64,000 bases of DNA, taken from the IMG/VR virus record IMGVR_UViG_3300003323_000790, positions 16,993 through 80,992 of that record; one strand, 5' to 3'. The position numbers and the translations under genes are program-made. Positions 8,227 to 16,887 of this stretch are shown piece by piece; the stretch's first letter is position 1, and every line of letters begins with the position of its first letter. The notes beneath the pieces were generated by a model. It saw only the letters and a list, made by a program, of their open reading frames with translations. It was not told the DNA's origin and ran no database searches. The stretch comes from a virus.

Positions 8227-8739
8227 ATGGTTACCGATAAAGAAAAAGAACAGCGAGCCAAAGAGGCCGCCTGGAACATCGCCGCCCTGGCTGGCTCTCC
8301 TGATCTGCAGGCCTACCGCATGCTGGCTTCCAAGGTGCGCGGCCTGGCTCGACATAACTCCGCGCTGGCGGTATGGGAGATCCAGGACGGCGAGATTTAC
8401 GTCCGTAACCGCTACTTCGTCATCAACGCGGCGGCCACACTGGAGCACGGCATGCGCCTGTTCCTGCGGGAGGAAATGACCCGCGCAACCTTGGAGATCG
8501 GCCACATCCCCACCCGCCTGCCCGGCACCGACTGCTTTGTGTGGGTCCCACGCCACACCGACGCGCGCTTCTGCCCGTCGGACCCGGCGGACGTGACCAG
8601 CCACACCCGGCTCTCAATGGGCATTATGTTCGGCTGCCCGGCGCGCATCGGCACCCTGGTGGAGGGCAAGGAATACCTGACCCTTGCCCGAGACATCGAA
8701 TCTTACCGACAACAGCTGGGAGCATTGGCACATGCCTAA
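8227..8739 (+). CDS. hypothetical protein
   Basis: GAGG SD; overlaps the primase start. Confidence 0.65.
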   Translation: MVTDKEKEQRAKEAAWNIAALAGSPDLQAYRMLASKVRGLARHNSALAVWEIQDGEIYVRNRYFVINAAATLEHGMRLFLREEMTRATLEIGHIPTRLPGTDCFVWVPRHTDARFCPSDPADVTSHTRLSMGIMFGCPARIGTLVEGKEYLTLARDIESYRQQLGALAHA

Positions 8740-11700
8740 TTTCATCTACTACCAAGTCAAGGGTGGTGAAGAGCGCTGGACGGTCGGACCAGCCTCGCAG
8801 GTAGAGCGCATTCGCGACGAATTCAACCCTATGTTCATCACGGCCCTGTCGGTGGCCAAGATGCCTGAAGAGCTGGAGTACGACGAGAAGCTGAAGCTGG
8901 CCTACTACGGTCCGCTCTATTTCGACTGGGATTCCGAGGACGGCGCCCACGTGATCGAGAAGGTCAACGAGATGCTCGACAACCTCGAAGAGCTAGGCCT
9001 GGACCTGCATGCCTGCCGGCTCTACGCCACCGGCGGGCGAGGCTATCACCTGGAGATCCCACCCTATCTCTTCATCGACAAAGACCCGTCCAACCGCGGC
9101 GTGGTGATGCTGCCGGCGATCTACCGCGAAATGGCGCTGGACTTGGCCGTCGACACCCTTGACCTGACGATCTATTCGACCGGGCGCGGCCGCATGTGGC
9201 GCCAGCCTAACGTCGAGCGCCAGAACGGCCGCTATAAGGTGCCGATCACGGTGGACGAAATGCGCTCGATGACCGTCGAGCGTTGCGAAGAGCTGACCTC
9301 CAAGCCGCGCTCCTTGGAAGCACCGACCAAGGCCGAGTTGTGCCTGAAGCTGAACATCAAGTACGAAGAGGCCAAGCAAAAAGTCGAGGCGCTGATGAAG
9401 CGTCGCGGCAAATTCAAGGCCGATCCGAAGGCCAAGGAGAAGGCGAATGGCCTGTCGGTCGAGATGATGCTGGCCGGCCTGGGTATCAAGGAAGGTTCGC
9501 ACTTCCAGCAGATCGCCACGCAGCTGGCGATCGTGGCGCACACGGCCGGCTGGTCGGAGAGCGATCTGGTCGAGAAAGCGCAGGGGTTGGTGAACAGCCA
9601 CCAGAGCGACGGCAATCGCTACAACAGTCCGGAGAAGCGCAACAATGAGCTGCGCCGCATGTGGCGCTACATGTACGACAACGTCTGCTACGAATTCAGC
9701 ATCGGCGCCCTGAAGGCGCTGATGTCACACTCGGCGCCCGACTTGGACAACATCCCAACGACGCGCGAAGAGCTGGAGCAGACCATCAAGGAAGAGGCGG
9801 CGGCCGAGGCGGAATCGGAAGATCAGGAGATCGACGAATACGCCGACGTCGCCGCCGGCATTTCGCTCACCAAGTACGGCGTGTACATGCAGACCGCCAC
9901 CGAAGGCAAGAAGCGCATCTGCGCTGTCTCCTTCGAGACATCGGCGGTGCTGTTCTCCACTGAGTCCGGCCAGATCGTGGCCTTCGAGGCCGAGGTGCTG
10001 GTCAACGGGCGGCCGTCGGGCCGCCAAACCCTTGAGCTGGATGTGTTCTCCGGCCTTGTGCAATTCAATCGCTTTGTGGCCCGCTACGGGCACTCATTCC
10101 AAGGCACAGATCTTCAAGTACGGACGGTTATGATGCGCTTTGTCGAGCAAGCAAAAAAGAAAGGCGAGAGCCTGTACATCGTGAAGCGGGAAGGACTTGA
10201 CCTCGTCAACATCCAGCACCACGAAAACGAACTCTACCGCAAGCCCTTCCTGGTGTGGGCTGACCACCACCAAGTCGTGCTGCAAAAAGAAATCGCCGAG
10301 TCGGGCCTGAACCTCGTCTTCACCGGCTTCCCTGATCCGCAGGGTGAGTTCAAAACCGACCTGTCACAGGCGCCGGTGCTCAAGGAGTGGATCGAAGAGC
10401 CTGGCAATAAGGAAAAGCTGCGCGACGTGCTGCAGGCGGCGATGACCTGCCAGAAGTCGGAGCTGATCGGCAAGTACATCGGCTGGTATGTGGCCTGCTT
10501 CTGGAAGCCGCTGTTCCAGGCGGCGTACGGCAAGTTCCCGCTGCTGCACGTGAACGGCGCGGCGGGCGCCGGGAAATGTATGGGGTTCAACACTCCGGTG
10601 ATCATGGCCGACGGCACCACGAAAATGGTACAGGACGTGCAGGTTGGCGACCAGTTGCTCGGACCGGACGGCGGCGTACGCAACGTGCTGTCGCTGGCGC
10701 GCGGCCGGGAGCTGATGTACCGCGTGACCCCGGTAAAGGGTGACTCGTATGTTGTAAATGCGTCACACATCCTGAGCCTGAAACGTTCAGATCGCTCCTG
10801 CCGGCTGTCGGACGGGACTCAGGTTACCGCGGCAGATGACGTCGTGAACGTCAACGTCGAGGTCTACGCACACAGTTCGGCTGCCGCCCGCAAGGCGTTG
10901 AAGGGGTGGCGCAGCGACGCGGTGGAATTCCACCGCGAGGCAGAAGACCTGCCGCTGGACCCTTACTGGCTGGGCGTATGGTTGGGCGACGGCAAGCACG
11001 ACCTGCCGCAGATCACGAAGCCAGCAGATACGAACATGGTGCGCTGGTGGATTGCCCACGCTGAGCAACATGGCCATCTGGTCTCTCGCCATGAGTATGA
11101 TGATCGCTGCCCGAGCTGGGCGGTACGCTCTAAGGACGGGCGCTGGGATGCACAAGGCAACCAGTTCACGCAGCGCCTGCAGGCCCTCGGCCTGCTGGGC
11201 AACAAGCATATTCCGGCGGCATACAAGTTCGCGCCGATGGAAGACCGCTTGCGTCTGCTGGCCGGCCTGATTGACTCCGACGGCTCCCTGGACAAGGCGG
11301 GCTACGACTGGGTCAGCAAAGACAAGTCACTGGCGGAAGATTTTGCCTTCCTCTGCCGCTCGGTCGGCCTGGCCGCTTATGTCAAGGAGTGCACGAAAGG
11401 TATCCAGTCGACTGACTTTGTGGGCACCTACTGGCGCGTGAGCGTCAGTGGGGACTGCGACAAGATCCCTTGCCTGGACAAGAAGGCGCCGCCACGCAAG
11501 CAGGCAAAGCGTGTGACGGTGACTGGCATCTCGGTGGAGCCTATCGGCGTGGACAACTACTACGGTTTCCAGATCGACGGCGATCATCTGTTCTTGCTGG
11601 GCGACTTCACGGTCACCCACAACACCGACATGACCAAGTCCTTCTCCTGCTTCTTCTACCACCAGCGCGAGCCGTACTCGACGTCGCCGACCTCGACCGT

Positions 11701-12730
11701 CTTCTCGATCACCCAGCAGATCTCCAGCACCTCGTCGATCCCCTTCGTACTGGACGAGTACAAGCCGCACGCGCTGCAGGGTGACATGGTCAACAAGTTG
11801 CGCGCGATCTTCCGAGACAGCTACAACCAGACGATGATGGCGCGCGGCGGCGGCACACGCGAGAACGACGACTACCGCCAGCTCCAGCGCACTCAGCTGT
11901 CGGCGCCGGTGGTATTCATCGCCGAGGCGGCCGAATCCGAGCCGGCCGTCATGGAGCGCGTGGTGCTGGCCACCGTGGTGCCGCCGCCGGCGTCGATGAA
12001 GAACACGTGGCGCGCGCGGTTCCAGCTGTTCCGCCAAAACCGCGAGCTGCTGGGCATCCTGGGCCAGTACCTGGCCGCCAAGGTCGTGCAGTCCTATTCG
12101 GTGGACCGCCTGCGCACGGAGTTCAACGACCTGTACGAAGAGGCTGCCAACACCTACATGCTCAACGCCGACGACATCGAGCGCATGAAGGCCGGCGACC
12201 TGGACGAAGAGCTGTCGCTCAAGGCCAACGCCAAGGAGCGCTCGGTGTACAACCACACGGTGGCCAAGTTCGGATTCCAGCAGTTCAGGAGCCTGATTAA
12301 CCAACTCTTGGGACCTGTGCTTGATGACCTGATGGGCGAACTTGAGTCCGGTCTCTACGCGCGCATGTCCGACTTGCAGGCCTCGACCACACCGGAAATT
12401 GTCCGCGTGCTGGAGACGATGTCGCGCATGACCTATGCGACGGAGGACACCCGGCCGGATGCGTTGCGCGAGAACTACGAATATGCGATTGCCGGCGACA
12501 CCTTGGAGCTGGACGCTTACTCGGCCTACACGCGTTATCGCATCTTCATGCGCCAGGCTGCCTTGCAGCCGCTCTTCCCTGACGTCTATCCATTCCTGCA
12601 GGCGATGAAGGACTTGGAGGCGTACAAGTCGACGGCGACGGGCGATCACTTGAAGCGGCCGCAGGTGATTGTGCTGTCGATCAACGCGCTGACCCGCGCC
12701 GGCGTGCCGCCATTTAAAGGCGGCAAATAA
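8732..12730 (+). CDS. primase-helicase (AEP-like primase plus P-loop ATPase), intein-containing
   Basis: LYFDWD and TGGRGYH AEP motifs; Walker A GAAGAGK|T; Walker B VLDEY. Confidence 0.85.
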   Translation: MPNFIYYQVKGGEERWTVGPASQVERIRDEFNPMFITALSVAKMPEELEYDEKLKLAYYGPLYFDWDSEDGAHVIEKVNEMLDNLEELGLDLHACRLYATGGRGYHLEIPPYLFIDKDPSNRGVVMLPAIYREMALDLAVDTLDLTIYSTGRGRMWRQPNVERQNGRYKVPITVDEMRSMTVERCEELTSKPRSLEAPTKAELCLKLNIKYEEAKQKVEALMKRRGKFKADPKAKEKANGLSVEMMLAGLGIKEGSHFQQIATQLAIVAHTAGWSESDLVEKAQGLVNSHQSDGNRYNSPEKRNNELRRMWRYMYDNVCYEFSIGALKALMSHSAPDLDNIPTTREELEQTIKEEAAAEAESEDQEIDEYADVAAGISLTKYGVYMQTATEGKKRICAVSFETSAVLFSTESGQIVAFEAEVLVNGRPSGRQTLELDVFSGLVQFNRFVARYGHSFQGTDLQVRTVMMRFVEQAKKKGESLYIVKREGLDLVNIQHHENELYRKPFLVWADHHQVVLQKEIAESGLNLVFTGFPDPQGEFKTDLSQAPVLKEWIEEPGNKEKLRDVLQAAMTCQKSELIGKYIGWYVACFWKPLFQAAYGKFPLLHVNGAAGAGKCMGFNTPVIMADGTTKMVQDVQVGDQLLGPDGGVRNVLSLARGRELMYRVTPVKGDSYVVNASHILSLKRSDRSCRLSDGTQVTAADDVVNVNVEVYAHSSAAARKALKGWRSDAVEFHREAEDLPLDPYWLGVWLGDGKHDLPQITKPADTNMVRWWIAHAEQHGHLVSRHEYDDRCPSWAVRSKDGRWDAQGNQFTQRLQALGLLGNKHIPAAYKFAPMEDRLRLLAGLIDSDGSLDKAGYDWVSKDKSLAEDFAFLCRSVGLAAYVKECTKGIQSTDFVGTYWRVSVSGDCDKIPCLDKKAPPRKQAKRVTVTGISVEPIGVDNYYGFQIDGDHLFLLGDFTVTHNTDMTKSFSCFFYHQREPYSTSPTSTVFSITQQISSTSSIPFVLDEYKPHALQGDMVNKLRAIFRDSYNQTMMARGGGTRENDDYRQLQRTQLSAPVVFIAEAAESEPAVMERVVLATVVPPPASMKNTWRARFQLFRQNRELLGILGQYLAAKVVQSYSVDRLRTEFNDLYEEAANTYMLNADDIERMKAGDLDEELSLKANAKERSVYNHTVAKFGFQQFRSLINQLLGPVLDDLMGELESGLYARMSDLQASTTPEIVRVLETMSRMTYATEDTRPDALRENYEYAIAGDTLELDAYSAYTRYRIFMRQAALQPLFPDVYPFLQAMKDLEAYKSTATGDHLKRPQVIVLSINALTRAGVPPFKGGK
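10577..11623 (+). mobile_element. intein (349 aa) with LAGLIDADG homing endonuclease, in Walker A
   Basis: CMGFNTPV start, VNASH block B, YWLGVWLGDG and LLAGLIDSDG, ends YYGFQI...VTHN with +1 Thr. Confidence 0.95.
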
Positions 12731-12732
12731 TA

Positions 12733-12761
12733 GTGACACTTAGAAAAATTCGTGATACGAT
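12733..12761 (+). promoter_or_regulatory. sigma70-like promoter
   Basis: GTGACA-17-TACGAT with extended TG. Confidence 0.6.
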
Positions 12762-12842
12762 GGTTTCTCACTTTTCATGAGTGACGCGACGCTCCGGCGA
12801 TACTGGGGCATAAATGTAAATTCAACTGTAAAGGCAAATATC

Positions 12843-13709
12843 ATGGCACTGAACAAGAGCGCAGCAGCAGCACCAAAATTCGAAAACCCAGAAGACGGCG
12901 ACGGCTTCCCAGGCGCCGGTGAAGGTGCTGGTGACGAGGAAGACGAAGACGCGGTTGAGGTGGTTGAAACCCCGCAGGCGACCGGCAAGGACAAGCTGGC
13001 AGAAGCCCGCCGCCAAGCCGCGGCGCACGCCGAGAAGGAAGCGGCAGCTGCAGCCAAGGCCGAAGCACAGCCAGCCAAAACCACCGCACTGGCGGCCAAG
13101 GCCGGCGGCGCAGTAGCGGTCACCAAGATCGCGGACCTGGACCCGTTCAAGCAACTGGAAAACCAGTTCGTGGTCGAGTTCAACACCTTCCCGCAGATCA
13201 AGGTCAACCAGGGCGCCTTCCGCCTGGCCGACGGCGACAAGAACATGGGTGACACCATCGCGATGGAAGTCATCTCGTGGCAGAAGCAGTGGCAGCTGGC
13301 GCCGGGCGATATCGACAATCCGAAAGCAAAGGAATTCCTGCGCTACTCGAAGGACGGTATCACCGCTGAAAACGGCGACGACATGAAGGAAATCCTCGCG
13401 CTGGCGAAGTCGAACGGCTTCCCGAACGCGAAGATCAGCGAGCGTGTGATCGTGGTCGGCCAAGTCATCGACGGCGGCAAACAAGCCAAGTCGACCAACA
13501 GCAAGATCCACCAGATCGACCTGTCGAGCACCTCGGTGGCCAACTTCAACCGTCACCGCATCGGCGTGGCGTTGCAGGCCAGCAAGGGTCAGCTGCCGGA
13601 CGACTTCAACGCTTCGCAAGTGAAGATGTTCGCCAAGGCCAAGGCGCAGGGCCAGAAGTCCTGGACCGAAGTCCTGTTCGGCGACATGAGCGCCGTCTTC
13701 GAAGACTAA
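12843..13709 (+). CDS. hypothetical replication-module protein (possible ssDNA-binding/annealing protein)
   Basis: AAGG SD; strongly biased codons; acidic/Ala-rich N-terminus; own promoter and terminator. Function inferred from context only. Confidence 0.6.
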   Translation: MALNKSAAAAPKFENPEDGDGFPGAGEGAGDEEDEDAVEVVETPQATGKDKLAEARRQAAAHAEKEAAAAAKAEAQPAKTTALAAKAGGAVAVTKIADLDPFKQLENQFVVEFNTFPQIKVNQGAFRLADGDKNMGDTIAMEVISWQKQWQLAPGDIDNPKAKEFLRYSKDGITAENGDDMKEILALAKSNGFPNAKISERVIVVGQVIDGGKQAKSTNSKIHQIDLSSTSVANFNRHRIGVALQASKGQLPDDFNASQVKMFAKAKAQGQKSWTEVLFGDMSAVFED

Positions 13710-13727
13710 GCGCTTAGCCGCTTAACC

Positions 13728-13754
13728 AAGAGCAGCCTCCGGGCTGCTCTTTTT
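13728..13754 (+). terminator. intrinsic terminator
   Basis: AAGAGCAGCC-TCCG-GGCTGCTCTT followed by T run. Confidence 0.85.
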
Positions 13755-13767
13755 ATAGGAGTTTCAC

Positions 13768-14517
13768 ATGGAACAAACCACCGCACCGATGCGCTTCCTG
13801 ATCGGCGACACCGAGACCTGCGGGATCGGCCCCAACAACAAAGCCTGCGAGATCGCCTGGATCGAAATCGATCCGGTCACCTTGGAGATCATCAACGAAG
13901 ACGTGTGCCAGCTGATCGACCCGCAGTGGGAAATCACGCCCGGCGCGCAGGAGATCCACGGCATCACGCAGGAGATGGTCGAGCACGAGCCAACCTTGCA
14001 GGAGTTCAAGGATCTGATCCTGGGCGACCGCTACGCCGGCTGTGATGTGACGCTGATCGGCCACAACATCAGCTTCGACTTGCCCGAGCTGGGCAAGGTG
14101 CTGCCGGTGGCGCGCACCGTCTGCACCTTGGCCTGGGCGCGCCGCCTGATCACCGACTCGGCCAACCATAAGCTGGGCACCTTGCGCGAGCACTTCGGCT
14201 ATCCGGAAGGCGAAGCGCACCGCGCGCTGGCCGACTGCTACACCACGCGCCGCGTGCTCAAGGAGCTGCTGCAACGCTCCGGCTTCACGCTGGAGCAGTT
14301 CGCTCGCAACGGCGAGCACACCATCTACGTCATGCCGTATGGCAAGCACAAGGGCACGCTGATGGCCGCCGTGCCGGTGCCGTATCTGAAGTGGTTGTGG
14401 GACCGCGAAGAGCTGGAGCCGAACATGCGCGAGTCGGTCAAGAAAGCATTGAAGACCAATGGCGTCGACGTGCCAAAGAAGGGCGGTAAGTTCAACCCAG
14501 AAGGAGCAGTAGCATGA
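13768..14517 (+). CDS. DEDDh 3'-5' exonuclease (ExoX/DnaQ-like)
   Basis: DTET, HGIT, GHNISFD, AHRALADC; C-terminal MPYGKHKG domain. Confidence 0.9.
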   Translation: MEQTTAPMRFLIGDTETCGIGPNNKACEIAWIEIDPVTLEIINEDVCQLIDPQWEITPGAQEIHGITQEMVEHEPTLQEFKDLILGDRYAGCDVTLIGHNISFDLPELGKVLPVARTVCTLAWARRLITDSANHKLGTLREHFGYPEGEAHRALADCYTTRRVLKELLQRSGFTLEQFARNGEHTIYVMPYGKHKGTLMAAVPVPYLKWLWDREELEPNMRESVKKALKTNGVDVPKKGGKFNPEGAVA

Positions 14518-15050
14518 GCCAATTTTCAGCAGACATCAAAGCTTTCAACGAAATGTACGGCATGCCGGTCAACCAGTTGCCGACGCTGATCAGCGCGCAG
14601 CGCCTGCGCGACTTCAAGTCGATCCTGGGCAAAGAGCTGGACGAGATTGACGAGATTATTGAAGATCTCGCAATCTACGAGATTGCGTCGGCCGGTGAAG
14701 CTGAGCGTCTGGCCATCCTGACCAAACTGGCCGACCTGCTGGGCGACCTCCAAGTCTACTGCGCCAGCGAAATGGCCAAGTGGGGCCTGCCGCGGGACAT
14801 GGTGCTGGCGGTCATCATGCAGTCGAACTTCAGCAAGATGGGTGCCGACGGCAAGCCGATCTACGACGGCGAGGGCAAGTTGCAGAAGGGGCCGAACTAC
14901 TGGAAGCCCGAACCGAAGATCCACCTGGCGCTGCAGATGGTCAGCCTGCGGTCCTTGGCTTTGGCCAAGGCGGAAGAAGCCGCCGCGCTGGGCGCTGCGG
15001 CTGAGAAGATGTACGAAGACATCTTCCCGTCCGCTTCGACGGAAGCCTGA
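14514..15050 (+). CDS. MazG-like nucleotide pyrophosphohydrolase
   Basis: KELDE...LADLLGDL.VY...SNFSK.GADGKPIY..GK..KGPNYWKP. Confidence 0.8.
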   Translation: MSQFSADIKAFNEMYGMPVNQLPTLISAQRLRDFKSILGKELDEIDEIIEDLAIYEIASAGEAERLAILTKLADLLGDLQVYCASEMAKWGLPRDMVLAVIMQSNFSKMGADGKPIYDGEGKLQKGPNYWKPEPKIHLALQMVSLRSLALAKAEEAAALGAAAEKMYEDIFPSASTEA

Positions 15051-15051
15051 T

Positions 15052-16074
15052 ATGCGGCAAGGTCTCTCCACTGCCGTGCAGAGCCTTGTCCGCCTGGTCG
15101 GCGTCGCTTTTCAGCGCGCCGACCTGCCGGGCGATGCACTTCAAACGCCGATCGTGTACCGCGACCTGCCGTGGCAGTGCCCGCCGCTGGTCACCGACAT
15201 GATGTTCGAGCGCATGCCGTTGCAGACCTTCCTCGACTTCCCGATCCGCGCCGCCTCGGCCGAGGCATTGTACAGCTGGTGGGCGCGTACACTGGAAACG
15301 ATGTACTACAGCCCGTCGCGTTTGGTCGACCGTGGCGCGCTGGTTGGCTCAGGCAGCGTCTTTGTCGGCAGCCGGCTCGGCGCCCGCGCACTGCGCTTCT
15401 CGATCCCGGCCAACTGCCCGGAGCCGCTGGATCGCATGTCGGGCATCGTCTTCTCGCTCGAGGCGGCGCACGCTGCGCACCTTGCGCTCCCCGGCGCCGT
15501 GCTGATCAAGAGCGACGACAGCTATTACGTGGAAGTCGGCGGTTTGGTGATTGGCGTGCGCGAGGGTCGTCCGGCGGCCGGCCCGGACTGGGAAGTGACG
15601 GCTGAGGGCTTCGTGCCGGAACTGCTCACCATGCCGCGCGGCGAGCGCATGCACGAATGCCACTTCGACTCGCTGGCCAAGGCCCGCTCGCTGCTGCACG
15701 AGCACCCGAGCCGCTTCCCGGAGTTCGCCACCTTGGATACGGTCCTGCAGGCATTGCGCTACATGACTTGGGGCTCGATCGCACCGAACGTCCTGCAGCA
15801 GATGACGATCGCCCGGCAGATGCGCCCGCGCGCCGAAGAGCACATCCGCAAGCTGCAGCGCTCGCTGGAGCTGCTGGACGACCCAGCCGTGTCGGACCGG
15901 GCCAAGCTGGTCCAGATGCACGGCACCTTGGTGCCCGACATCATCTCGCCGACGGCGTTCCGGAACATCTTCCACCACGGCCCGCCCTTCCCTTACGTCG
16001 CGCGGCCGGAGAAAATGCTGCGGATTAAACAAGAGCTCGAAGAGCGAATTTCAAAACTAGAAAGGGGCAAATAA
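15052..16074 (+). CDS. hypothetical protein
   Basis: Long ORF abutting both neighbours. Confidence 0.65.
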   Translation: MRQGLSTAVQSLVRLVGVAFQRADLPGDALQTPIVYRDLPWQCPPLVTDMMFERMPLQTFLDFPIRAASAEALYSWWARTLETMYYSPSRLVDRGALVGSGSVFVGSRLGARALRFSIPANCPEPLDRMSGIVFSLEAAHAAHLALPGAVLIKSDDSYYVEVGGLVIGVREGRPAAGPDWEVTAEGFVPELLTMPRGERMHECHFDSLAKARSLLHEHPSRFPEFATLDTVLQALRYMTWGSIAPNVLQQMTIARQMRPRAEEHIRKLQRSLELLDDPAVSDRAKLVQMHGTLVPDIISPTAFRNIFHHGPPFPYVARPEKMLRIKQELEERISKLERGK

Positions 16075-16295
16075 TGCAAACACGTAAGCAGTCTGCAGTC
16101 GAGGTGGGCATCTCGACGCTGCTGGCGTTTTTGATCAGTGCCGCGTTGCAGCAGTGGGTAGTTACTCCACTGTTCAACCTGGACACGACACATGCGCAGA
16201 ATCTCTTGATCACGGTGTTCTTCACCGTCGTTTCCCTCGTGCGGTCGTATGTCTTCCGCCGAGCATTTAATTACCTGCATAGGAGCAAAGCATGA
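16074..16295 (+). CDS. small two-TM membrane protein
   Basis: QTRKQSAVE...FFTVVSLVRSYVFRR.F pattern typical of a phage DUF. Confidence 0.7.
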   Translation: MQTRKQSAVEVGISTLLAFLISAALQQWVVTPLFNLDTTHAQNLLITVFFTVVSLVRSYVFRRAFNYLHRSKA

Positions 16296-16636
16296 CCGAA
16301 AAAGACCCAAATGGCGTCTCGCCAAATCAACCCGGCGCCAAGCTCGACGCTGGCAAGTCCCCCGTGCGTCGTGGCCTGCTGGAGTATTTCCCGCGTGCCT
16401 GCATGGCAGTAGCCGACGTGTCGGCGGCCGGCGCCAACAAATACACCTGGGGCGGTTGGCAGACGGTGCCGGGCGGCGTCGATCGTTACGGCGACGCAGA
16501 AGCGCGGCATATTTGCAAGGCTGCCATTGAGGGCGACGTCGACAAAGATTTCGGCCTGCTGCATGCGGCGCACGAGGCCTGGAATGCGATGGCACGCCTG
16601 GAGCTGATCCTGCGCGAGAAAGAGGCCGCCAAGTGA
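16292..16636 (+). CDS. dATP/dGTP diphosphohydrolase-like (DUF5664-type) protein
   Basis: GAKLDAGK...GANKY...W...Y.DA..RH...D.DFGLLH.AH.AWNA. Confidence 0.75.
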   Translation: MTEKDPNGVSPNQPGAKLDAGKSPVRRGLLEYFPRACMAVADVSAAGANKYTWGGWQTVPGGVDRYGDAEARHICKAAIEGDVDKDFGLLHAAHEAWNAMARLELILREKEAAK

Positions 16637-16887
16637 GCGAGAAATTCTCCGACCCGATCGACGCGGCCGCCGCGTCAGCACAACACTCCAACGACGTGGC
16701 CGAGCAGCAGCGGCAGATCGCCGAGCGGCGCCGCCTGCTCGAATACCAGCGCCACCTGGATGACGGCGACATCGACGGCGTACACTGCATGGACTGCGAC
16801 ATCGAGCTGCCGACGCTGCGCCAGCAGGAAAAGCGCCTGCGCTGCACAGCGTGCCAAACCACACACGAGAAGAAAGGTAAGCGATGA
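16633..16887 (+). CDS. TraR/DksA C4 zinc-finger protein
   Basis: DPIDAA N-terminus; CMDC...RC.ACQ. Confidence 0.8.
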   Translation: MSEKFSDPIDAAAASAQHSNDVAEQQRQIAERRRLLEYQRHLDDGDIDGVHCMDCDIELPTLRQQEKRLRCTACQTTHEKKGKR

